Made by a program: the position numbers and the translations under genes. Source: a virus. From it: a DNA stretch of 64,000 bases. This document shows positions 36,358 to 46,099 of this stretch, one piece after another. The first letter of the stretch is position 1. Each line of letters opens with the position of its first letter. The notes beneath the pieces are model-generated. The model was not told where the DNA came from. It worked only from the letters and a program-made list of their open reading frames with translations, and did not search any database. Location of the stretch: IMG/VR virus record IMGVR_UViG_3300030110_004856, positions 17,585-81,584 of that record; one strand, given 5' to 3'.

Positions 36358-37179
36358 ATGCCGTACATCGCTGGAAAATTCGACGCTGACGAAATCCTTT
36401 GTCAAGTACCGCCCCACACCTTACGAGTCGATCTTCAGGCTCGTCGTTGGAAATCCGATAACGATCCTGACCAGGCCATCATCGACTCGAACGATAATGG
36501 TATCCCGATTGAGTTCATCCTTCTCGGGTTTACTCCGTTCTTTGGGAACCTGGGGATGCGTTCTCACGAGGAGTTCATTCGTATTGCTTACATTGGTGTT
36601 AGCCCTACCCATCGCTTGCTCCCTAAGCGTTGTGTATCTACTAGCATCATTAGTGGTAAGTCTTCTCAGAAGAACTTTATCTCTTATTTCCACACGCTCT
36701 ACAACAACAGGATCAACGTCGCGGAAGTAGTTACTTCTACTAGGTTCTTGCAAAAGAGCTTTAACGAGACCGATCCCACCACGGGTGAAGACAAAGGTAA
36801 GATCAACTACAACGTGTTGGAGTTCAAAGATCGCCCTGTCTCCGGTAAAGAAGAAGAGCAACTTGTCAAAGACATTGAGAAGTGGCTCGAAGGCGATGGT
36901 GGAAACTTGGTGGGAGCTGCACTTAAGAGTAATATCTCCGGCAGCAATCTCATTGAGCTTCCTATTGGAGCAGACATCGCTGCGCTTAAGGAAGCTTTCA
37001 TCGAAGCAAACCCGAAGCGTGTAGATGGAATGCAGATGGGCGGTCTGACTTCCTTGCCTGCTGGAGCTGGTGTAGCCGGTAAAGCACTGAACCCAGTGCC
37101 TGAGGCTAAGGTCGAGAAACCTAAAGAACTTACGGAAGAACAGAAAGCAGCGATCAAAGCTGCTGGTTTGGAGGTATGA
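36358..37179 (+). CDS. Hypothetical replication/recombination protein
   Basis: 273 aa next to SSB; no motif recognised. Confidence 0.6.
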   Translation: MPYIAGKFDADEILCQVPPHTLRVDLQARRWKSDNDPDQAIIDSNDNGIPIEFILLGFTPFFGNLGMRSHEEFIRIAYIGVSPTHRLLPKRCVSTSIISGKSSQKNFISYFHTLYNNRINVAEVVTSTRFLQKSFNETDPTTGEDKGKINYNVLEFKDRPVSGKEEEQLVKDIEKWLEGDGGNLVGAALKSNISGSNLIELPIGADIAALKEAFIEANPKRVDGMQMGGLTSLPAGAGVAGKALNPVPEAKVEKPKELTEEQKAAIKAAGLEV

Positions 37180-37263
37180 TTCGCAAGCGCCAGGGGTTTC
37201 ATGAACGGCCCCATTCAACACCCTTCCTCTAAGGATGGCGCTGTAAAAAGTAGAGGATGAACT

Positions 37264-37296
37264 AAGGCTCTGTTTAGTTGACGCAGAGCCTTTTTT
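37264..37296 (+). terminator. Rho-independent terminator
   Basis: AAGGCTCTG-loop-CAGAGCCTT followed by TTTT; lies between convergent genes. Confidence 0.7.
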
Positions 37297-37541
37297 CATG
37301 TCTCGCGTTTTTCGAAGAGCGACGACATGGGAGGCAGGTCATAACCACGGGAGATGCAGTAAGCCACGAGCTTTTTAAACATCTCAGTTTTCACTAGGTA
37401 GTTTGTATGTACAATTCCAAGTATCTCCGTCAACTCCTTCTTGTCGAGACTCTTACAGCTGTGTAATACCCTACGGTGATGGAATTCCTGCTCCATTGTT
37501 AAGTAACCTTGAATCCTTCCGAGTATTTCGTTTTCGTTCAT
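37296..37541 (-). CDS. Small helical protein, NblA-like pattern
   Basis: 'LTMEQEFHHRRV...LDKKELTEIL...YLVKTEMFKKL' resembles the NblA consensus L(S/T)xEQxF...(inference). Confidence 0.5.
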   Translation of the reverse strand: MNENEILGRIQGYLTMEQEFHHRRVLHSCKSLDKKELTEILGIVHTNYLVKTEMFKKLVAYCISRGYDLPPMSSLFEKRET

Positions 37542-38064
37542 GTTTTACAAGATCCCTGAATTAGTTTTCTCTCCTCTAGCTGCCAAGAACATTGTCCTTG
37601 GCCGAGTGCTGGTGATCAACGACCAGGAGCAGCTACTAGAGAAGCAGGTAAGCAGAGAAGGTTGCGAAGTTTACTCCTGCACATTAGACGATTTGGCAGA
37701 TAGCGATAGCTGGAAAACCCTACCTAGAATCGACTGGATGATTTGTGTGACACAAGGGCTAGGTAAAAAAGCAGAGTGGGTAATGGATGCAGCCATGAGT
37801 ATGCCCGAAAAAGGCTTCTGTTTACTAGATCGCATCAGCTTTCTTGAGCCCACACGCTCGCGAGAGGTGTTACTAAAGTCTCATTCCCTAAGAAATTTGA
37901 TTGTTCTTTCGCCACGTCCTGCGTTCCGTGCTGATAACAAACAAGCAAAAGACTCAGTGACATCAGCGTGGTTTGTATTCTCCACTGACTCAACGCACAA
38001 AAAGAACACAGAAATAGATTTTGCACTAAACTGGCAGCGACCTCAGGCTGTATGTAGTGGCTAG
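37540..38064 (+). CDS. Small N6-adenine methyltransferase-family homologue lacking the NPPF motif
   Basis: 'IDW', 'LLDRISFLEPT..R', 'LIVLSPRPAF', 'DSVTSAWFVF' are retained; 'VTQG' stands where NPP(Y/F) is expected. Confidence 0.6.
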   Translation: MFYKIPELVFSPLAAKNIVLGRVLVINDQEQLLEKQVSREGCEVYSCTLDDLADSDSWKTLPRIDWMICVTQGLGKKAEWVMDAAMSMPEKGFCLLDRISFLEPTRSREVLLKSHSLRNLIVLSPRPAFRADNKQAKDSVTSAWFVFSTDSTHKKNTEIDFALNWQRPQAVCSG

Positions 38065-38365
38065 TGATATCAAAGAGCTTTTATCTAAACTCATCGACAT
38101 ACAAATCGAGCAAAGCAGCAAACTCGACAAAATTGCTGCACTTCTTTTAAGCGATCAGCTACTAACTGAGTGCATTGATCAAAACGGTAAAGGTAGAGAC
38201 GCAGATACTGCAGGAGAAATAGTTGCTGAGTCTTTCTCCGCAGGACTCTGTCTGCTAGGTGAGCTAGAAAACAGAAACAAGCAGTATCTTTACCAAATGC
38301 AGGAATTTTTTCTGGACAACGACAGCAGTTCAGTAGGCAACGACGACCTAGCTAATCCTTTCTGA
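38057..38365 (+). CDS. Hypothetical protein
   Basis: 102 aa, acidic. Confidence 0.6.
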   Translation: MASDIKELLSKLIDIQIEQSSKLDKIAALLLSDQLLTECIDQNGKGRDADTAGEIVAESFSAGLCLLGELENRNKQYLYQMQEFFLDNDSSSVGNDDLANPF

Positions 38366-38373
38366 GCACCCCT

Positions 38374-39156
38374 GTGAGTGATACAAGAGTAACTATTAAT
38401 GGCCTTAGGCACTACGTTTGCGGTGGTGTTCCTAAACCTCTACCTAGCGTCACTTCAATTCTGTCAGCTACACAATCAGAAGAACAGCAGAGAAAGCTAG
38501 CTTACTGGAACAAAATGAATCCAGGAGTAGCCGACTCTGCCGCCACAAGGGGGACCTGGATACACAATGCAGTAGAAAACCACATCACTGGTTTAAAGGT
38601 AGTTCCTCCTAATGACTACTTCCCTTACTGGCAAGGCATGCCAGAAAGAATCGACTCTTTGCTCGAAGGGGGAAAAGTCTTGTGGTCTGAGCGTCCCTAC
38701 CAACAACCACGGTGGAACAAATACGTTGGTGATGACGGAGTAGGGCGTATCTTTTATTACGACACCAAGCGTCAGCAAGGTTACGCAGGCTGCTGCGATC
38801 TCATCTACGAAGACGCAAACGGTGAAATTATCCTCGCGGACTTTAAAACATCCAACGGACCCTACGCTGCCAAGTTCCCACCAAAGGACGCAGACATAGA
38901 TATGAAAACCAGAAAAGCTTTAATTTCAGGTGCGTTCAAGGCTAAGAAGACACGTCTGCAACTAGCTGCGTACAAACTCGCAGCAGAGGAGTGCCTTGAC
39001 ATCAAGATCTCTAAAACGCAAATAATTGTTACCACTGCTGTAGAGCAGTTCAGTACTCAAGTATTCACTTTTGGTGAAAAAATGGTGGAAAAAGACGAAA
39101 AGAAGTGGATGGAATTAGTTGGGCAATATTATGATATGCAGGCAGCGAGCGCTTAA
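38374..39156 (+). CDS. PD-(D/E)XK exonuclease (Cas4/MGME1-like)
   Basis: 'LPSVTSIL', 'RGTWIHNAVE', 'SE', 'YAGCCD', 'DFKTS', 'QLAAY'. Confidence 0.88.
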   Translation: MSDTRVTINGLRHYVCGGVPKPLPSVTSILSATQSEEQQRKLAYWNKMNPGVADSAATRGTWIHNAVENHITGLKVVPPNDYFPYWQGMPERIDSLLEGGKVLWSERPYQQPRWNKYVGDDGVGRIFYYDTKRQQGYAGCCDLIYEDANGEIILADFKTSNGPYAAKFPPKDADIDMKTRKALISGAFKAKKTRLQLAAYKLAAEECLDIKISKTQIIVTTAVEQFSTQVFTFGEKMVEKDEKKWMELVGQYYDMQAASA

Positions 39157-39190
39157 GCTAGCGAAAAGCTACAGCTCACCGTTGCACCCC

Positions 39191-39219
39191 TTGCGTACAT
39201 TCCGCACAGGAATCATAAT
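39191..39219 (+). promoter_or_regulatory. Sigma70-type promoter
   Basis: TTGCGT-N17-CATAAT upstream of the primase. Confidence 0.6.
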
Positions 39220-39240
39220 AGCAGACCAAGCTGACATCAA

Positions 39241-41979
39241 ATGAAATTCTCATGCTCCGTCAACACTGTAGTCGCAAACTATGTCGACAATGAGACAGGT
39301 AAGATTCTACAGGGAGGCAACTTCCAGGCGTTCAATGAGAACTGGGAAGCTGTAGAAGTCGACTCTTTTGAGATTTCAGAATACGTTGCTCTAAAAGCTG
39401 GTCTTTGTGCGTGGCAATTACAAGATGGTAAGAGAGAGTCAAAGAACACAGGGCTAATACAAGCCGGTCTTATTATCGTTGACATCGATAATCAGGCAGA
39501 CAAAAAAGGACCTAATGGAGAGAAAATTCAGCAGCAAGAACTTACATATGCTGAAGCTCTCGATTTACCTGTATGCCAGAAGTATCTCAGCTTTGCTTAT
39601 GACTCACCTTCTGGGACAGAGAACTGGCCAAGATTCAGACTCGTCTTCGGTTTAGAAAAACAAATCCGAGACCCCAAGTTCTACCAGTGGTTCTCAAAAA
39701 CAATTGGTAAGCAAATTCCTGGATCAGACTTCAGAGCTTTTTCAGTTCCTCACCTGTTCTACGGAGCCCACGGGGTTGAAGGGATCCTAACAGTCACAGA
39801 CAAATTCATACCTTCTGCTGTCATCGACGAGGCTTATAAAAAATACGCTGCTATAGCACAAGAAGAGGAGCAGGAAGACGATAGTGACGGTCACACAATT
39901 CTTTCTAGAAACAACACCAGCCCTGACGGTCTCGATCTAACGAAGCTCTGCTCTCAGTTAGTGAGAAACGTCCTTGAAGGAAACGAGGTCGACGACCGTA
40001 GCGCCACCATGGCCAACGTGTTCAAGGAACTCATAGGTTGGTGCAACTGGCTTGATAAGCATAGTTTGTCAAGCAGTGTATCTGGGTTGACAGTTGCGCA
40101 AGAAGCGTTTTACAATATCTACAGCTACCCACACGACCTCGACGGTAAGTTTCGTCGGATCCTCGATTCGATTCGAAACGCACCTGACCTTCTACCAGCG
40201 ATCTCCTTGGCTTCCGAGTTGGGAGTCGTAGCTTGCTGGAAAAAGGTAGCTCTCCTCGACCACGCTCTGTTCGAGAAGCTTGCTCCTAAAGAAGACCAGC
40301 AAAAACTCGCCGAAAGGCGACCTGGGCCTTCTAACAACATCCTCTCTCTAGACGACTACGTCCTAGAGAACACATCAAAACCTATGACAAGCATCAAAGA
40401 ACCCACTCAGAAGATCGACCTGCCGGACGCAGGTGGCGACAAAGCAGCATTTGCTGAGAACGATGTAGCCAATGCAATCAGCAACACCTTTGGTCATAAC
40501 TTTGTGTATGACAGTGTCCAAGACCGCTTCTACACCTATGACGAAGAGATGGGTGTGTGGTACTCCATGGACGAGCAGCACATCAAACAGAAAATCTGTT
40601 CTGCTCTGGATACCTTTGTTAAAGCGACTCTGATTGCCAAATACACTGCTACCACTATTGACTCGATTTTTAAAATCCTTAAAGGCAAGTTCTTGAAGTC
40701 TCTAGACAACGGACGCAAGTCCATCTGGAGCACAGCTCAAGGTTATATCCCTTTCAAGAACGGTGTCTATGACACCAAAGCAATGAAGTTCCAGGAAGGA
40801 CTTCATAAAGACTTGTTTATCCGAGCAAAACTAGGGTTTGATTATGACGCTCAGGCTACTTGCCCTCAGTTTCTTAACTGGCTTGAGACATCTCTTCGGA
40901 AAAAGCAGTCTGTATTGATTCAAGCTTACGCTCGTGCCCTGCTGACTGGGTACACTTCCGGCGAACGTTTCCTGCACTTAGTTGGTCCTGGTGGTACTGG
41001 TAAGTCAACGATGCAGCAATTGATGATTGCTCTTGCTGGCTTTACTTCCACCCACACGTCGTCCTTGGAGATTATCGAAACCAACAAGTTCGAAACGTAC
41101 AACTTGATGGGAAAGAAACTGCTCCTGCTCACTGACGAGTCCAACTACAACAAACGTATGGACGTTCTAAAGAAACTTACTTCGGCGTCTGACACCCTTC
41201 GTGCTGAGCGCAAGTACGGCAAAGAAACCATCAGCTTTAAACCTGAACTGTTGGTGTGTATTGCATCTAATGAGCACATCTCTTCTAACGACTCCAGCTC
41301 TGGTCTTGAACGTCGTCGCTTGACCATCGTTATGGACAAAGTAGTCCCTGCGAGCAGCAGACGCCAGCTTCTAGATGTCTACGAAGATCGTATTGAGGGT
41401 GCTTTTGTGCCTGAGATGAGCGGCATCGTGGCGTGGGCATTGTCGATGAGTTTTGACAAAATGCGCGATGTGCTTTCGAATCCCGTTAAGCATGTGCCTT
41501 CGCTCGCTGTCAGTAACCTCGAAGCACTGAAGATCAACAACCCTTACGTGTCGTGGCTTGATGAGTGTTGTCTCTACTCCCCCAATACAACCACTCCGAT
41601 TGGTAAAGGTGCTTTCAAAGCTTCAGCAGACGAGCAGGAGAGAGGACTAATCGTCAAAGATGCATACAGTGAACTATATGCAAGCTACGTGCAGTACTCA
41701 CGTGCATGTCAATACAGACCTTGCAATAAGCCAAACTTTACGGGACGTATAAAGGAGACTTTGCAAAATATCCTTAAACTCCCAGCTTGTGGCAATATAG
41801 TGCAGAAGAATGGAGGCTTTGCCGTCCAAGGTTTACGACTCAAAAAGTATGACGTAACATCCGATCGAGCTTCTGTAGGTGACACAAGGCTTCCCACGCC
41901 TGTCGAGTTTGCGGAAGACCCTGATTTCAACAAGTGGGACAAAGCATTTAAAAAGCATGATTCAGTTCAAAGCAGTTGA
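39241..41979 (+). CDS. Primase-helicase (AEP-like N-terminus, D5/P4-type SF3 helicase)
   Basis: 'IIVDID', 'SPS...PRFRLVF'; 'IPFKNGVYD', Walker A 'GPGGTGKST', 'TDE', 'ASN', 'RR'. Confidence 0.9.
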   Translation: MKFSCSVNTVVANYVDNETGKILQGGNFQAFNENWEAVEVDSFEISEYVALKAGLCAWQLQDGKRESKNTGLIQAGLIIVDIDNQADKKGPNGEKIQQQELTYAEALDLPVCQKYLSFAYDSPSGTENWPRFRLVFGLEKQIRDPKFYQWFSKTIGKQIPGSDFRAFSVPHLFYGAHGVEGILTVTDKFIPSAVIDEAYKKYAAIAQEEEQEDDSDGHTILSRNNTSPDGLDLTKLCSQLVRNVLEGNEVDDRSATMANVFKELIGWCNWLDKHSLSSSVSGLTVAQEAFYNIYSYPHDLDGKFRRILDSIRNAPDLLPAISLASELGVVACWKKVALLDHALFEKLAPKEDQQKLAERRPGPSNNILSLDDYVLENTSKPMTSIKEPTQKIDLPDAGGDKAAFAENDVANAISNTFGHNFVYDSVQDRFYTYDEEMGVWYSMDEQHIKQKICSALDTFVKATLIAKYTATTIDSIFKILKGKFLKSLDNGRKSIWSTAQGYIPFKNGVYDTKAMKFQEGLHKDLFIRAKLGFDYDAQATCPQFLNWLETSLRKKQSVLIQAYARALLTGYTSGERFLHLVGPGGTGKSTMQQLMIALAGFTSTHTSSLEIIETNKFETYNLMGKKLLLLTDESNYNKRMDVLKKLTSASDTLRAERKYGKETISFKPELLVCIASNEHISSNDSSSGLERRRLTIVMDKVVPASSRRQLLDVYEDRIEGAFVPEMSGIVAWALSMSFDKMRDVLSNPVKHVPSLAVSNLEALKINNPYVSWLDECCLYSPNTTTPIGKGAFKASADEQERGLIVKDAYSELYASYVQYSRACQYRPCNKPNFTGRIKETLQNILKLPACGNIVQKNGGFAVQGLRLKKYDVTSDRASVGDTRLPTPVEFAEDPDFNKWDKAFKKHDSVQSS

Positions 41980-42529
41980 CGTAGCTCTAATCATCGGAGG
42001 TGCAATCGGAGTTGCCACCACCATGGTTAATCCTGTTTATACCGGAGCCTCTCTCGCGTTTATGGGAGGACTACTTGGGGGTGCTTCTCTCCAAGAGCAA
42101 CGATCTGTCAAGAAGGAAAAAACGGATAAGGAAGCTGAGAGAGTAGGAGTAACCTTCGCCACTCTCTACGACAAAAACCGAGGGCTAGTAGATCCGGTTG
42201 AGCTTTCCTTCTTGGCTAACTGTCCTCTTAACCATGCTCACGATTTTTTAAACGTCATTGCTGAAGAGTCAAATGGACAAAAAATCGCTACTAAACAGGG
42301 AGTTGGAGTGGTGTTCAACTTTCCCCACGCTCAAAATGCCTTAGACGATCTTTCTAAAAACGCATCAAACTGGGCTCAAGCACAGACCAAACAACTGCAG
42401 CAAGACTTGGATCAGCACAAAAGAGCGATCCAAATGATTCAGGCTCAGCAAGCAGCGGCTGCAATGCAACCAAAACCGACAGAACTCGAAAAGCCCGACC
42501 CTTGGAACGGAGTAGCACCTGGGCTCTAA
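41957..42529 (+). CDS. Membrane protein with coiled-coil
   Basis: Two N-terminal TM segments. Confidence 0.6.
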   Translation: MIQFKAVDVALIIGGAIGVATTMVNPVYTGASLAFMGGLLGGASLQEQRSVKKEKTDKEAERVGVTFATLYDKNRGLVDPVELSFLANCPLNHAHDFLNVIAEESNGQKIATKQGVGVVFNFPHAQNALDDLSKNASNWAQAQTKQLQQDLDQHKRAIQMIQAQQAAAAMQPKPTELEKPDPWNGVAPGL

Positions 42530-42820
42530 TCAGTAACGAAACTCGTAGCTGTAAGGTCCAGTTTTTTCTCTCTCGACAATCTGGTCTACACCCATATCAT
42601 ATCCAGGGTACATCTGTAACCCACCACGGTCGTATTCCATGTTTCTGCGCAGCTCTAGAGTCCTAGCTCGCTGAGGTGACAGTGAGTATGGGTCTCCCAT
42701 AAAGTCAACTACTGCCTCTCCATACCTTGGGTCACCAACTGGATAGGTTGGGTTAACGTATCCCTCTTTGACTAGGTTTTTCTCAGCAATAAAATTCTCT
42801 AGAAAATCGAGAATGTTCAC
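42530..42820 (-). CDS. Hypothetical protein
   Basis: 96 aa; TAGAAT upstream. Confidence 0.55.
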   Translation of the reverse strand: MNILDFLENFIAEKNLVKEGYVNPTYPVGDPRYGEAVVDFMGDPYSLSPQRARTLELRRNMEYDRGGLQMYPGYDMGVDQIVEREKTGPYSYEFRY

Positions 42821-42974
42821 AACGTCAGAGCATTTATTTAATTCTATAGTAACTACACACGACTAGATATTCTGATGCTGCGAATCAGAATGGCAGGTGG
42901 AGTTAGGCTCCCCGACAAGATGGATCCTCGGTTACTCAAAGCAGCCGAGGAAGCTATACCTAGTAGTCCCAACG

Positions 42975-43664
42975 TCACAATGTACGAAGGGATTTCCAAC
43001 CTCGTAGGCTTGACTCCTCGACTTCCATCAACGCTTCAGTAATTGTCGGCAGGAGCTTTTGTAGCTGTCTCCCAATAGAAAGAGCAATTTTTCTATGTTC
43101 CAGCTGAGTATCACCCTGGCCACGCAAGCCAACGTAATGCACAAAAGTGCGAATGGGGGCAGCCATGTGGAGTCTGCTCGGCGTGTACAACGGGAGGATA
43201 TTTCGAGCACACTCACGGGCAACACCTGCATCGAGCATATCTTCGTACAGGTTTCGCGCAGTTTTATCTAGCAGTTGGATCTGTTTACGAAACTGAGTTT
43301 GAATCTCGTATGGGATTTCTACTGAACTGCTTTGACGATTGGAGGTTGCTTGCTGACGAATAGAAAAGTCAGTCGCATCGATCTCTAGCTCCTCTAATAC
43401 TTCCCACGGGTTCGAGTACCGCTGAGAAAGTTCCTGAAAATTAGCTGTCTTATGACGAAGGATCTGTGGGGAGATCGCCCTGGTGGTCAGGATCTCGAAG
43501 CTGGCACTGGCTTGCTCGAACACCGACCAATGACCGTGCTTGATGCAAAAACTAATTAGCTTTTTAAACTCAGCTCGATCAGGGTTTTTCGTCGACACCC
43601 TTGCATGACGAGCAATAACTTCCTCAGCACGAGGAGTAATCCAATCGAGTTCAGCAGTATGCAC
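42975..43664 (-). CDS. thyX: Flavin-dependent thymidylate synthase
   Basis: 'HGHWSVFEQ', 'QILRHK...QELSQRY', 'GVARECARNILP', 'LR...TQLEHR'. Confidence 0.93.
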   Translation of the reverse strand: MHTAELDWITPRAEEVIARHARVSTKNPDRAEFKKLISFCIKHGHWSVFEQASASFEILTTRAISPQILRHKTANFQELSQRYSNPWEVLEELEIDATDFSIRQQATSNRQSSSVEIPYEIQTQFRKQIQLLDKTARNLYEDMLDAGVARECARNILPLYTPSRLHMAAPIRTFVHYVGLRGQGDTQLEHRKIALSIGRQLQKLLPTITEALMEVEESSLRGWKSLRTL

Positions 43665-43844
43665 TTAGCGCCAAGATAATGGCACTCAGCATACTAGGTC
43701 CGTGGAAAAGCTTCCTGATACCGGAGTCTTTTTGTGATCTCACTTGGGTTGGAGACCATACGAATCACTTCGGAAGGTCCCAGCCCGATCTGCATTCCTG
43801 CCATGCGAACGCCAGAACCTGGCATTTGCTCACTGCGGAGACGA

Positions 43845-44366
43845 CTATTCACCTTTTTTCTCCTCAGGAACCGCGCCTGGCATGTAGAGATTGTCAGGCA
43901 TGTTGTAGTTAATCAATGGATATGTAGAAGGATTCTGATCGTTAAAGAAGTTCTGCTGAGGTACAGAAGTAGCCATAGCAACCTCTTGACGCAGAGCAGG
44001 ATTCAAATTATTAGCTTCTGCAATCAGATACTGTTGGTGACTCAAGTCAGCCGCTTTTCCAGGCATAATCATCTTGCCTGCTTGGTTGTACCCTGCAACG
44101 CCCACGGGCTCTTGACTTGGCATAATGTTGCCCAGCTGGTAGTTAGTAGTCCCTACTGCTGGGCGCTGGTACTTTCCCGTGTCTACCTCGTACTGAGTAA
44201 TAACACGATTAATGTTGTCCAAACCTCGCAAGCCTGTGACGGCTGTATTAGAGGAGTGGTACATGGCAGGCGGAGGAGGTAACTGTGTAGTTACAGCTGC
44301 CATCCCTCCTAAAGGAGTCATCTTTGGCAGTGGTCCGTTCCCGCCTGGGCGTTGTAGATAAGCCAT
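43845..44366 (-). CDS. Hypothetical protein
   Basis: 173 aa, Pro/Gln/Asn-rich. Confidence 0.55.
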   Translation of the reverse strand: MAYLQRPGGNGPLPKMTPLGGMAAVTTQLPPPPAMYHSSNTAVTGLRGLDNINRVITQYEVDTGKYQRPAVGTTNYQLGNIMPSQEPVGVAGYNQAGKMIMPGKAADLSHQQYLIAEANNLNPALRQEVAMATSVPQQNFFNDQNPSTYPLINYNMPDNLYMPGAVPEEKKGE

Positions 44367-44374
44367 GACTTACT

Positions 44375-44617
44375 TTAACTCCTTTTAGGTTGTTTTTTAA
44401 GGTTGGTTTTAGCGGCGACTACCCGAAGATTTTTAGAGCTGTTGTTCTCCGCGTTGTAGTCCTTGTGATCAACGTGCTTTCCGTCGTGTTTACGTACTCG
44501 ACCACTCTTCTCAAGATGTCGACGTGCCTTATTACGAGCTGCACGACGCTTTCTTTGCTCTGGAGTGCCATGGTACGAATCGTATTCTTTTCTATAATCG
44601 CGGTCAGATCTACTCAA
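44375..44617 (-). CDS. Small HNH-motif protein
   Basis: 'RDYRKEY...RAARNKARR...DGKHVDH...N...NLRV...N'. Confidence 0.75.
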   Translation of the reverse strand: MSRSDRDYRKEYDSYHGTPEQRKRRAARNKARRHLEKSGRVRKHDGKHVDHKDYNAENNSSKNLRVVAAKTNLKKQPKRS

Positions 44618-44641
44618 CGTGCGATTATTAACGCTACCTAA

Positions 44642-44830
44642 TTATACTCGGTCCGCAAAGAATGCCTCACGTGCTTCTCTCCCAAAGCCCTCATTTTCTT
44701 TGTCCCATTCTGCCCACAGCCCGGTCAACAGACCGTTAGTGCGACCACTGCGCTCATAGAGAAACTGCATGAACTCAGCTTTCTGGTTTTCCAGAGGACA
44801 ATCCCAGTCCTTGAGGTAGTCGGTATTCAT
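44642..44830 (-). CDS. Hypothetical protein
   Basis: 62 aa 'LYERSGRTNGLLTGLW'. Confidence 0.55.
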   Translation of the reverse strand: MNTDYLKDWDCPLENQKAEFMQFLYERSGRTNGLLTGLWAEWDKENEGFGREAREAFFADRV

Positions 44831-44854
44831 GGCATCAAAGTGAAGGGACTCACT

Positions 44855-46090
44855 CTAGGGGTGTTCTGCCACAATGCCCCATCCGTCATGGGCAGATGAA
44901 ATAGTCCATCTCTTTCCGAGTTTTTCTTTGTTGTACAGCTGGTTGGCACCATTCGCAGAAAGGTAAACCCCTGTGTCCAGATCGAGGGATCCGAATGGGT
45001 CGTGGCAGATAATATTCTTTCCGTCCGGGCTAATTCCTTTTGCAAGGATCCAGTGCCCTCCTCCACTGGGGGAATCCAACAAGCCTCTATGCAGAATCCC
45101 AAGGGGGCAAGGAATAGAGTTGCGCAGCAAGTTCTCGACATCCTCCCAACCCATGTCCTGCCTGAACTCGGCTTCAACTCCATAAGAAGAGAGTGCTTTA
45201 ACTTGCACCCACGCTTCTGTAGTGTCTCCAATCGAGAAAACAGTTTTGATGTAATCATCGTCATTACTAATTATTCCTGGTTTTAAGTAGTTCAATAACA
45301 TCGCACAAGAAGAAGAATAACAGGTGCGATCAGAGTCCCTGTAATTATCTCGCTGTGAATAGTATTTAACATCCAGATCTATACCAGATCCCTTGTTCTG
45401 TGTGACTGCACCGGGTGGAACATCATTAATTACCTTCCAATGTTCGCCCCAGATATACCAATTCTTTTGGTCAGCAGTTAGACGCACTCGTTGGTGAGTT
45501 TTACCAGCAAACATCGTCAACTCATTCCACTCCCACGCAGATCCTTTAGGTACGAAGACTTTCTCTTCGGGCAGCAAAGAGGAAGAGTCAGCCATTCTCT
45601 TCTTTAGATACGTATCTTGCTTGGCATAAATGGACTGCCCCAACTTCGGATGTTTAATCTTTTCAAGAAAAAGATCTTTCTCAGCTTGACGACGTGTCAC
45701 TAAACCAGGGAGTGGTTGCCCGTCGGCTCCCTTCACCCATCGACCGAACTGCTCAGCAACTACTTTCTTATCCTGCCCTTCGTTCAACAAACGACGAAGA
45801 GTGGAGTCTTTATATGCACCACAGCCTACGTTAAAAGCAAAGGATACGAGTGCATCAAACTCGTTTTGATTAACTTTTACGTTTGTGTATGTCGAAACAC
45901 ATTGCTCAAAACTTTCTACATCGTGCTTAAGGAACTCATCTGCTTGCTCCTCAGTAATAGTCATCCCTAGTTTGACACCATGAGTATGCCCATACCCCAC
46001 AGTGGCGACTGAACTGGGGCACATATAGCTCTCAAGTCTTAACCCTTCAAACTTCTTAATTACGGCTAGTCCGTTGTCAGAGATTTTCAC
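44855..46090 (-). CDS. Endolysin: GH24 lysozyme fused to a C39-like peptidase
   Basis: 'IKKFEGLRL..Y.C....TVGYGH', 'FDALVSFAFNVG', 'GLVTRRQAE'; C-terminal 'YYSQRDN...RTCYSSSCAM', 'GGHW', 'HDPFG'. Confidence 0.9.
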   Translation of the reverse strand: MKISDNGLAVIKKFEGLRLESYMCPSSVATVGYGHTHGVKLGMTITEEQADEFLKHDVESFEQCVSTYTNVKVNQNEFDALVSFAFNVGCGAYKDSTLRRLLNEGQDKKVVAEQFGRWVKGADGQPLPGLVTRRQAEKDLFLEKIKHPKLGQSIYAKQDTYLKKRMADSSSLLPEEKVFVPKGSAWEWNELTMFAGKTHQRVRLTADQKNWYIWGEHWKVINDVPPGAVTQNKGSGIDLDVKYYSQRDNYRDSDRTCYSSSCAMLLNYLKPGIISNDDDYIKTVFSIGDTTEAWVQVKALSSYGVEAEFRQDMGWEDVENLLRNSIPCPLGILHRGLLDSPSGGGHWILAKGISPDGKNIICHDPFGSLDLDTGVYLSANGANQLYNKEKLGKRWTISSAHDGWGIVAEHP

Positions 46091-46099
46091 AACACTGCA

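Noticed and set aside
36421-37299. 292 aa antisense ORF
   Set aside because: Shadow of the plus-strand gene 36358-37179; no recognisable motifs, and it runs through a terminator.
38374-39156. Cas4 as a sign of a CRISPR system
   Set aside because: No Fe-S cysteine set, no cas neighbours and no array; an ordinary phage exonuclease.
43734-44282. 182 aa plus-strand ORF
   Set aside because: Antisense to 43845-44366, with no motif or start signal support.
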